A stretch of 64,000 bases of DNA from Octopus vulgaris (taxonomy: Eukaryota), in NCBI GenBank assembly GCA_951406725.2, contig OX597833.1:3968001-4032000 (forward strand). Direction: 5' to 3'. The translations under genes and the position numbers were made by a program. Shown here in pieces: positions 53,046 through 64,000 of this stretch. Each line of letters begins with the position of its first letter. The stretch's first letter is position 1. A model generated the notes under the pieces. It saw nothing but the letters and a program-made list of their open reading frames with translations, made no database searches and was not told where the DNA came from.

Positions 53046-56000
53046 CATATGTGTGTGCGTGTATATGTACATATATATATGTGTGTGTGTGTGTGTGTGT
53101 AAATGAAAATATGTGTGTATATGTAGATGAATGTGTACGAGTGTAAATAAATATGTGTGAATGGGATTGAATGTGTGTGTGTGTGTGTGCTTGCATGGGG
53201 TAGGAAAATTGGGTGCCAGCCTCCAACAGCAAAAAAAAAAGTGATTTGTCAAGATAAAGGGGGGGGAAAAAAAGCAGGAAAAAAAAAACAGACATGAGCC
53301 CAGCGAAAAAATCTAGTGAATCAGAGTGTCTGAGTTAATGGAAGGTTCTAGAAAGAGATCACCCATCCCACTCCCACTCACCCCTACCCAGTTTGGATTT
53401 CTTGTAAGGCTTCTTCGTGGAAAAAAAAAAAAAGCGGGTCCTGATATAACGATCCTAAATGTTTAATTATACCACCAGTATACGCTCAAAAAATTAATAA
53501 AGATTTCAAAAATCAGGGTCCTTGAATTTATACAGATTATTACAAAATTGACACCAAATTCTGGAAAACAGTATGTGTATGTGTGTGTGTGTGTTTATTC
53601 TTTTACTTGTTTCAGTCATTAGATTGTGGCCATGCTGGAGCACCACCCAGAAGGTTTGAATTAAACAAATCGATCCCGATATTGATTTTATTTTCAAGCC
53701 TGTACTTAATCTATTGGTCTCTTTTGCTGAACTGCTAAGTTATGGGGAACGTAAACAAACCATCACCAGTTGTCAAACAGTGGTTGGGGACAAACACATG
53801 GATATATATATATATATATATCACATGATCACGTGACCAACCAGACCATCAGATGTTGCTACACATCGCTGGTCACAATGCGTTCGCATTGTTTTAGCCT
53901 TCGAACGACGCCACCCCGCTGGCTAAGCGAGCAGGCTAACAGAAGAAAGAGTGGTGAAAGAGTACAGCAGGGATCACCACCCCCTGCTGGAGCCTCGTGG
54001 AGCTTTTAGGTGTTTTCGCTCAATAAACACACACAACGCCTGGTCTGGGAATCGAAACCGCAATCCTCTGACCGCGAGTCCGCAGCCCTAACCACTGGGC
54101 CATTGCGCCTCCATATATATATATATAAGTAGGCTTCTTTCAGTTTCCATCTACCGAATCCACTCAGTTTCCCTTGACCAAATCTACTCACAAGGCTTTG
54201 GTCAGCCCCAAATGCCATGTAGCAGGACTGAACCTGGAACCTTAAACAGGTGAGATAATACCATGAAGGCAAATCCAATCTGTGTTGGATGGATTCATCA
54301 TCATCATCAAGATATCATCTCACCTGTTTATAACTTTATCTGAAGATGGTGGATTATATGTTATGACACATCTATAAAATTCTACTGAAACAGCTGCTGT
54401 AAATTTTTAAACCTATTTATGCTCCCTTTTTTTATGCCTGTGCTGCACCTAGACCCAGTCCAAAGTTCTAGGTGCAACATAGGACTTTGTTGCACCTAGT
54501 TCTATGTGCAACATAGATCTACGGCTTAAATAAGGTGGCAGGTTGGCAGAAACGTTAGCACACCGGGCGAAATGCTGAGTGGTATTTTGTCTGTCTTTAG
54601 GTTCTGAGTTCAAATTCCTCAGGGGTTGACTTTGGCTTTCATCCTTTTAAGGTCGATAAATTAAGTACCAGTTGCGTACTGGGGTTGATCTAAGCGACTG
54701 GCCCCCTTCCCCAAAATTTTGGGCCTTGTGCCTAGAGTAGAAAAGATCTACAGTTTAAACTGGATTTGGTATGTACATATCTACAATATCCTACCAACAC
54801 CTGATACCTTCATGTTTGTTTCACCTCAGTGTGAACCTTATGCTATTGCACCTAGCCATTTGTGGCGTCCTACATCTTGATGTACCTGGATTCTATTGAA
54901 TCCTATAGCTAATCTATATGTGTGTGTGTGTTGTTAATATGCTTCTATAATGCAAAACATAACCACTTATTTAGCACCGTATATGCTCTATAACATTCCA
55001 ATACATACACCCAGTAAATATATTCGTGTTAAAATACACCTGAACACATAATGTAGGTGTGCAGGTGGTAATAATAAAGGTGATTGATTTAATGACTTTA
55101 ATCTATTTTCCAGGTAAAGGATCTTCATTTCACACATCAAAAACAATAAGACTGCTCACGTCATGAAACTGCACACACACACATATATGCAAACAAACAG
55201 ATGTACACATACACACACAATATATACGTAATTTTGGGGACTAATGGGTATATGTAAGCTAGTGTGTTGAGTAAAGCACTTCACAGTATGGGCTACCTGG
55301 TGTCATCCATGGTTGGGGTATATTTTTCTGCTGGATCTACATCAGGAATTCCGCAGTGTTAGTTGAGATCATCATCATCATCGTTTAACATCCGTTCTCC
55401 ATGCTAGCATGGGTTGGACGGTTCAACTGGGGTCTGAGGAGCCCGAAGGTTGCACCAGGCCCAGTCTGATCTGGCAGTGTTTCTACGGCTGGATGCCCTT
55501 CCTAATGCCAGCCTCTCCGTGAGTGTAGTGGGTGTTTTTTATGTGCCACTGGCACAGGGGCCAGAGGGAACTGGCAAACGGCCACGATTGATTGGTGATT
55601 TTACGTGTCACCGACATGGATACCAGTCAGGTGGTGCTGGCATCTGCCACGTTCGGACGGTGCTTTTTACGTGTCACCGGCACAATTTCCATTTGATTTA
55701 CTAAAATAGAATGGTAATCATGTTCTATGGACATGAAGGTGTCTCTTGAGGCCTGCAAACTTGGTGCCTTGCAAACCCTTCAGCAAATGGAACAAGTTGA
55801 GGACTCAATTTGCTCAACTGTTTGCGGATTACTTACTGTGTGTTTCCTTGAGTGGACAGCAAGGCCTGCTTTGCTTCGTATGGACATTAATCCTTTATAA
55901 TACTTATTAATTCATATTGTTTCAAACTAACCTTGGCCCTCATCATCATCATCATCATCGTTCAACGTCCGCTTTCCATGCTAGCATGGGTTGGACGAAT

Positions 56001-59000
56001 GACTGAGGGCTGGCAAACCAGATGGCAGCACCAGGCTTCAATCTTGATCTGGCAGAGTTTCTACAACTGGATGCCCTTCCTAACGCCAACCACTCCGAGA
56101 GTGTAGTGGGTGCTTTTATGTGCCACCGACACGGGGCCAGTCAGGCGGTACTGGCAACGACCTCGCTCAAATCTTTTACACATGCCACCGGCACAGGTGC
56201 CAGTAAGGCGATGTTAGTAATGATCACGCTCGAATGGTGCCTTTTATGTGCCACCAGTTAGCCGCTCTGGCAACAAAATTCGACATTCCAATGATGTAAC
56301 TGTTTAGTTTTAAAGTAACATTGTAGGGTAGGTGTGAGAGGTCAGATCTGGCCAATCTGATCATAAAATGGAACAAACATCTAAGCCAGGCACAGTCATT
56401 AGAGTGTTTGAGTAGAATGCCTGGTGGTATTTCTTCCAGCTCTTACTCTGGGCTCTGAGTTCAAATCTGCCTTTCGTCCTTTTGGGCTTGATAAAAAACA
56501 AGTCCCAGGTGAGAGTGATGGACTGTTAGAATTATCAGAGCATCAGATGGGATACCTTGTCATTGCAGTTCCAGCTTTATGTCTTGTGGGTTCAAATCCC
56601 ACCCTGAGACTGAAAAATAGTGACATCTTCTGACAGGAGTTGCGACCAAAACATAGTGCATCCATCCTCATTTATCACAGTCGTTTGGTTCCAAAAACAC
56701 TGATTAGAGAATCACCTCCATGCGTTTTGTAAATGGAATGAATAATAAATTCACATATAGGCGCAGGAGTGGCTGTGTGGTAAGTAGTTTGATTACCAAC
56801 CACATGGTTCCGGGTTCAGTCCCACTGCGTGGCACCTTGTGTAAGTGTCTTCTACTATAGCCTAGGGCCGACCAAAGCCTTGTGAGTGGATTTGGTAGAC
56901 AGAAACTGAAAGAAGCCCGTCGTATATATATATATGTGTGTGTGTGTGTGTTTGTCCCCCCAACATCCCTTGACAACCGATGCTGGTGTGTTTGGTTCCC
57001 GTAACTTAGTGGTTCAGCAAAAGAGACCGATAGAATAAGTACTAGTCTTACAAAGAATAAGTCCTGGGGTCAGTTTGCTCAACTAAAGGCGGTGCTCCAG
57101 CATGGCCACAGTCAGATGATTGAAACAAGTGAAAGAGTAAGGAGAAAAGAGCCCCATACCTGGTCATGTGAGTACAAGTGATAGTCAGTGCATTTTGGAG
57201 AGCTGAACCTTGTGGGGTGGTCACTGGAGGATTGCTTTTGTGGCACAAACGGAACGTTGGACCCATCACCAACCTGTGTTATCACAATTCAGTCCACGAT
57301 AAGCATAACACAATCCACAAGTGACCCTCCTGTCTCATCACTGACCAGTGTTGAATGAATCAGTGTTAACCAAAGCTTGCATATATCTTCTATCTTTTAC
57401 TTGTTTCAGTCATTAGACTGTGGCCATGCTGGGGCATTGCCTCGGAGAATTTTAGGCTAAGGAGTTGATCCTTGTACTTACTTTTCTTTTTAGCCTCCAA
57501 TCATCATTATCATCGTTTAACGTCTGCTTTCCATGCTGGCACGGGTTGGACAGTTCAACCAGGGTCTGGGAAGCGAGGACGCTGCACCAGGCTCCAGTCT
57601 GATCTGGCAGTGTTTCTACAGCTGGATGCCCTTCCTAATGCCAACCACTCCGCGAGTGTAGTGGGTGCTTTTTACGTGCCACCAGCACAGGTGACTGGCG
57701 AGGCTGGCAACGGCCACAATTAGCTGGTACTTTTTACGTGCCACCAGCACAGGTGCCAGGGGAAGCAGGCAGTGGCCACGAAAAATATGTCTGGCCATGG
57801 GAAATACTACCTCACTTGAAAACATGTATACAGTTGGGGACAGAAAGGTCATCCCAGCTGCCTCAACAAATTCAAGCCGACCCATGCAAGCAGGGAAAAG
57901 TGAACATTACAATAATGATGATGCACACATATAGTTTAAAGGTGTGTGGCTATGTGATTAAGGTGTTTGATTCCCAATTGTGTGGTTTTAGGTTCAGTCC
58001 CACTGAGTGGCACCTAAGGTAGGCCCAGGTATTTTGTTTTTTTTATTCTTTTACATGACTCAGTCATTTGACTCTGGTCATGCTCGAGCATCGTCTTTAG
58101 TCAAATAAATCGACTTATTCTTCGTAAGCCTAGAACTTATTGTGTCGATCTCTTTTGCCGAACTGCTAAGTTACAGGGACGTAAACACACCAACATCGGT
58201 TATCAAGCGATGGCAGTGGGGACAAAGACAGACACACAAATACATACATACGTATATACCAAATCCACTCACAAGGCTTTGGTCAGCCCATGGCTATAGT
58301 AGAAGACACTTGCCCAAGATGCCATGCAGTGGGACTGAACCTGGAACCACGTGGCTGGGAAGCAAGCTACTTACCACACAGCCAGTGGATTTGGGACAGA
58401 AATGGAAAGAAGTTCAATTCTTTTATTCTTTCACTTATTTCAGTCATTTGACTGTGGCCATGCTGGAGCACTGCCTTAAAGGGTTTTTAATTGAAGAAAT
58501 CAACCTCAGGACTTATTATTTGTAAGCCTAATATTTATTCTATCAGTCTCTTTTGCCGAACCACTAAGTTACGGGGACGTAAACACACCAACATCGGTCG
58601 TCAAGTGATGGTGAGAGACAAACAGACACAAACATATATATATATATATATATACATACATACAATGGGCTTCTTTCAGTTTCCATATAACAAATCCACT
58701 CACAAGGCTTTGGTCAGCTTGGGGCTATAGTAGAAGACACTTGCTGAAGGTGCCACAATGAGGGACTGAACCCAGAACCATGGGAGGCAAGCAACCTACC
58801 ACAATCTGCACCTATGTTTAGAAATATATCTGTGTGCTTGTTTACATTTGCCCTGCTCTCGAATTTGCTCAGCAACGTGAAGTGATGTGACTGTCATTTC
58901 CTCGTATCAGTGGATCACCTGCTAACTTTGTAATCTTGAAGATGTGTGGGAATAAGATGTCCAGCATTTGTAAAAAAAAACTGGTGAGGGTTAGCAACAG

Positions 59001-59474
59001 GATGGGCATCCAGCTGTCAAAAACTTGCCACAATAATGTATTCATCAAGCTCATGCTGGCATGGAAAACAGACAAAAATGAACCAACAAAATATCATCAT
59101 CATCACGTTTGAGAATTTCTATATACACACACACGAGTGTGTGTGTGTGTATATCATCATCATTTAACGTCCGCTTTCCATGCTAGCATGGGTTGGACGG
59201 TTCGACATGGGTCTGGGAAGCCAAGAGGCTGCACCAGGCCCAGTCTGATCTGGCAGTGTTTCTACAGCTGGATGCCCTTCCTAACGCCAACCACTCCGTG
59301 AGGGTAGTGGATGCTTTTTACATGCCAGGCGAGGCTGGCAATGGCCACAATCGGTTGGTGCTTTTTACGTGCCACCGGCACAGAGGCCAGTCGAGGCGGT
59401 TGCTGGCAATGGCCACATTCGGATGGTTCTTTTACGTGACACCGGCACTGGTATCACAACTACAATTTCCATTG

Positions 59475-59512
<38 letters not shown>

Positions 59513-60161
59513 TTTCTTTTTTCTTTTGTTTGTTTCAGTCACTTAACTGCGGCCATGCCAGAGCACCACCCTCAGTTGAACAAATTGACCCCAGGATTTA
59601 TTGTTTACAATCCTAGTACTTGCTCTATTGGTCTCTTTTGCCAAACCACTTAGTTACAGGGTTGTAAACACATTAACATCAGTTTTCAAGACACACAAAC
59701 ATATACATATGACACGCTTTCAGTTTCTATCTACCAAATCTACTCACAAGACTTTGGACAGCCTGGGGCTATAGTAGAAGGCACCTGCCCAAGGTGGGAC
59801 TGAACCTGGAACCATGTGGTTGGGAAGCAAGCATTTTACCACACAGCCATACTTATATTGTTAACGTTTGTTTTTACGCTCGGTTATAATAAAAGCAATT
59901 TTACATTAATCAGGTGGGTTACCCTACATATATGTGGGTGTGTACATGTATATATATATTATATTTGTATATTTATATACACATATACACACACACACAC
60001 ATATGTATATATGCATAGACATATATATGTTTATACACATAAACACATAGATGTACATTATATGTATAGCAATATATATATATGTATGTATCCTTAAATC
60101 CTTAAAAATGCTTTAGCCCGAAGGCCGCGGCCATGCTGGGGCACCACCACATGTATGTATG

Positions 60162-60210
<49 letters not shown>

Positions 60211-60227
60211 ATATGTATATATATATA

Positions 60228-60277
<50 letters not shown>

Positions 60278-60345
60278 CATACTATATAAGCATTAACATA
60301 ATGAGTTGTAAACATTATCCTATCATTACAATTTGAATTACTCAC

Positions 60346-62266
60346 CTTGACTAATGAGTGGCGAAAATGAAGACCCCAACATGTATTCAAGCTTCCTCTC
60401 CAGGGTCCCTACATCTTCTAATTGCCCAAAGTCAGCTCCTGCTTCGCCCGGACCGAGTGTGGATTTTTTCTTCTTGCGCTTCACGGTTTTCGGTGAAGTA
60501 AATGAACAGGATGAATTACCGGTCTTCTGTTGACCACCAATGTCCAGTAATGTCAGGTTGTTACTTTGGTCGCTCTGACCAGCTTTCGCCGCCGTTCCTT
60601 TGCTCGATGGATCAAGTGAACTTTGAATGGCATCCAGGTTTAACAGATCTTCACTTCGAGGAGTCATAATCTCAGTTCGCACACAGTCAACTTGGGTTGG
60701 CTTATAGTTAGGCTTGAGATAAGGAAAAGCCCCATCTCTATCAGAGAGGCCCAAACCTTGAGCTGCACTAATATAAGAAAATCCACCATCTCTTTCATTC
60801 GTTCCAGTTTTACCATTCTCTTCACTGATATTACTTTGGGGTGACGTCAGGCAATCAAAGCCCATTTCTTTATCAGTCATGTCTTTGTTTTGGTTAGAAT
60901 GCAAGTGAGAAAATATTCCAGAAGTATCTGCTTTATCTGCCATACCCTGTTTGTTGAGGCCATCCTTGTCCATAGTTGAGTCCATACAAGGTAAAACAGC
61001 CCCACCAGCCGATCCACGCTCCATCCCAGCTTTGTGCCCACCTTGCTGGTTCCTATTCTGGCACTGACTGTTGTTCTCTTTCATGTAAGAGTATTCTCCA
61101 TTGGAATTTTTCTGACTTGAATCTAGATAAGACAAATCTCCTTGCCTGTTGGTCTTGTCACATTGGTTAGCGAACCCTGATCCATCCTGGGTATTACAAA
61201 CATTTTTATCATTTTGACTTAAATAGCTGAAATCATCTTGCCTGTCATTTGGGTCTTTCTGGCCTTGTTGCTCCATGGATGGAAATCCTTGATTACGACC
61301 TGACATATTCTTTGAGTTCATTTTCATGAAAGTCAGGTTGTCGCCGGCTTGTCTCATCAATAATTCAGCAGTTGAGGTCTTTTTCCGCCCCTTCTTACAA
61401 GAAGATCCCAATATCTGTGCTATGGCTTTCCTCCTCTCGACGCGCATTCGCGCATTTTCTTTCATACGTATCAGTCTTTTGTGTCTACCATCTGCGTCTT
61501 CGGTATGAATTCGATGCCGTTGATTTTTTTGAAGTCTCTGCAAGCGCCTCGATCGATCAGGCTCACTTTCGATATCAATCCGTCGATGTTGATTTATCCT
61601 TAACCGCATCAACCTAGCTTCCCTCTCAGCTAGAGTTTCTCGGGCACGTTTAGCCCGTTCGTAAGCTTTCATCTGCTCCAGTCGCATCTGTTTATCTTCC
61701 AGTGACATATTAGCATATCGTTTCCTCTGATATTCTCTCTTTCGGATCTTTTTTTCGTTCCTTTTGTCGTCGTCGACTGCAAACGATCGAGATTGTCTAT
61801 CGATCCGGCAGTTGCCGATCTGGTAGTCAGAATAGCAGCCATAGCTATAGTTGCCATCACAAAAAATCTCGGAAGTGGTGTTGCAGTCTAAACATCCGTT
61901 TGAAGAATTGAGAAAAACATCCGGATCGCTGTCATACAAGCTTTCGAAGTTACTGAGGTCAGATCGGTCGCAGACCTTCCGCGTTTTCGTAGTCTTTGCA
62001 TGGATTTTGCATTCGATGTAGTTGTTGGTGGGCTTAATGTTTTGTTCGGAGAGAGGGAAGTACCATAAGAGGATTTTACCATTATGGGTCACGCAAAAGT
62101 TCTTGCTATCGTAGATAGTTCGACTGAGGATGTCACAGAGCGTCTGGTGAGGCTGAAAATCGAGAGTAAAATCACGTCCTGAATCGATTCTGAAGCAAAT
62201 CTGCATCGCTGCTGCTCCACTGCTGGTTTGTCCTTTCGACATATCGCTATAATTGCAATCAGACAT
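60346..62266 (-). CDS. Exon 1 of a ubiquitin-like / STPR-repeat / C4 zinc-finger protein
   Basis: 642-aa ORF of complex composition; Ubl-like aa 21-89 (MQICFRIDSGRDFTLDFQPHQTL...HNGKIL...LSEQNIKP); five 23-aa repeats at aa 164-278; donor CAA G|gtgagt, phase 1. Confidence 0.85.
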
Positions 62267-62459
62267 GACTTAATTCCTTCCTTCCTTCTTCTTCTTCTTG
62301 GCTTTTTCTCTGGCTCGATGTTGACAATAAAGACTTCACACGTGAATCCTTAAAACTGGAATGCGAGTCTTGGGCTAAGTCTTTCAAATGAATGTAATTG
62401 GTAAAAAAAAATTGGGAAACATCACAGCACAAAATGCTGCCTGACATGAACTACATTCC

Positions 62460-62780
62460 GAGGAAATAGGCGAATAGCAGCCGGGTGAGCCAACAACGGT
62501 TTGTGCAAAACACGCACAGGAAGTCAGGTGGAAAACAACGCCAGCCAAACTAAACCAGCCGTAGAAAACATAACTCCTTCAAATATTCGTTTACATAAAA
62601 TTAAACTAAAAGAAAAATATTTTAGTGATATCATTACAATGTGATTAAACTTTAAACCTTTATAAATGAGGTATTAGCACTTAGAATAGAATGTTTATAA
62701 TTTGTGAATAGTTTCATGTTTCGTCGGAGCCATTCCGTGTTTTATATGAACCATAGGCAGCGCTATGGAAAATGGCTGAA
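62460..62780 (-). promoter_or_regulatory. Candidate promoter / 5' region of the STPR gene
   Basis: Repeat-free, relatively CpG-containing stretch upstream of the ATG with an ETS-type CAGGAAGT (~62517) and a YY1-type AAAATGGC (~62769); motif matches only. Confidence 0.3.
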
Positions 62781-63734
62781 TGTTATCAAAGTTTCGATCT
62801 ACAAATCCTAAATTTCCTCAGAAATACAAAAAATAAGTATTTTCTCTTGAGTATTTTCTGTTTTTGAACCATTCTTGTTTTTTCACTTGTAACGCCGGCA
62901 CCAGAAATACGTTTTTCCATGTGTTTATCAAAGAAAATCCCGACCTATTCGACCCACAAAACAACAAACAAATTATAATTGAGCGAAATAAGAAATATTT
63001 ATTTCCTGGGAAAATTGCCAAATCTTAAATTTCACGTAATTTAATCCGACCATAATTTACCATCATAATTTCCTCCTTATAACCAAGCATATTTCCCTAC
63101 GATGGAGATTATCTCCTGTCCCCTTTGTCTACATTTAGCAATGAAGTCATTCGCCTCTTTGGCCATCACCATTATTATTATTATTATTATTATTAGTATC
63201 TGTTCCAGTTTCCTCGCATTAACATAGATCGTTATCAGTAGAAACTGCTTCGTTCTCGTGACTCCCACTACAGTCGTATATATCTACCTATTTCCCTGCA
63301 TATATATTCATATATATATGTGGTGGAGGCGCGATGGCCCAGTGGTTAGGGCAGCGGACTCGCGGCCGTAGGATCGCGGTTTCGATTCCCAGACCGGGAA
63401 TGTTCTGAGTGTTTATTGAGCGAAAACACCTAAAAAGCTCCACGACGCTCCGGCAGGGGGTTGTGGTGATCCCTGCTGTACTCTTTCACCACTCTTTCTT
63501 CTGTTGTTTATACTAACATTCTCACCTACCAGCTAGAAATAGCAGCCAAATCACCCTTCTTGTCTTTAAAAAAGTAGCATTGGAATCGTAGCTACGCTAT
63601 GTTTGGATGGTCATGACTGGAGCAATGCGATGTCATTAATCTGCCTATATCCACTGACCTTTCTATATAAAACAATGCGAAGCGCATTGTGACCAGCGAT
63701 GTGTAACATCTGATGGTCTGGTCGGTCACGTGAT

Positions 63735-63776
<42 letters not shown>

Positions 63777-64000
63777 CTATCTCTCCATAAGTATCTATAT
63801 GTAGATATAGCATTCTCGCTATACACACTCCCTCCCGCCTATCTTTCTATCTACCTGCCTACCTACCTATATAAATGCATATGTATACATATCATTATAC
63901 ATACATATACATGTATATTTATATATATATACGACCTTGCTTCTCTCCTTTGTTCATCTGTGTCTGGTAGTAGTTAGACTACATATATAATTATAATATA

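Noticed and set aside
52425-53295. Long H/T/Y/I ORFs, and similar ones at 26500-26950
   Set aside because: Translations of (TA)/(TG)/(GA) microsatellite mosaics.

Overview
Eukaryotic, AT-rich, microsatellite- and SINE-saturated DNA. The repeat landscape suggests an octopus/cephalopod genome (inference). There are two convergent protein-coding genes. (1) On the + strand, the last six coding exons of a fibrocystin-L/PKHD1L1-like single-pass membrane protein (<1..21626). (2) On the - strand, a three-exon gene (62266-60346, 48429-47521, 44869-43368; about 1443 aa) joined by clean phase-1 GT-AG junctions. Its architecture is unusual: an N-terminal ubiquitin-like domain, three duplicated exon modules each with 23-aa STPR-type repeats (5+3+2), and a terminal CxxC-x36-CxxC finger. 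It looks like a domesticated Helitron N-terminus and is the best candidate for a novel system. Introns and intergenic DNA hold several mobile elements associated with microsatellites: Tx1-like LINE pieces in (GATA)n, R4/Dong-like pieces and a 465-bp element in (TAA)n, and Penelope-type foldback relics with minimal hammerhead ribozyme motifs beside (TA)n. There is also a SINE sharing the Tx1 3' tail, piggyBac-type MITEs, a decayed pogo transposon and a 4.4-kb higher-order GT-rich minisatellite. All calls were made by eye; no searches were run.
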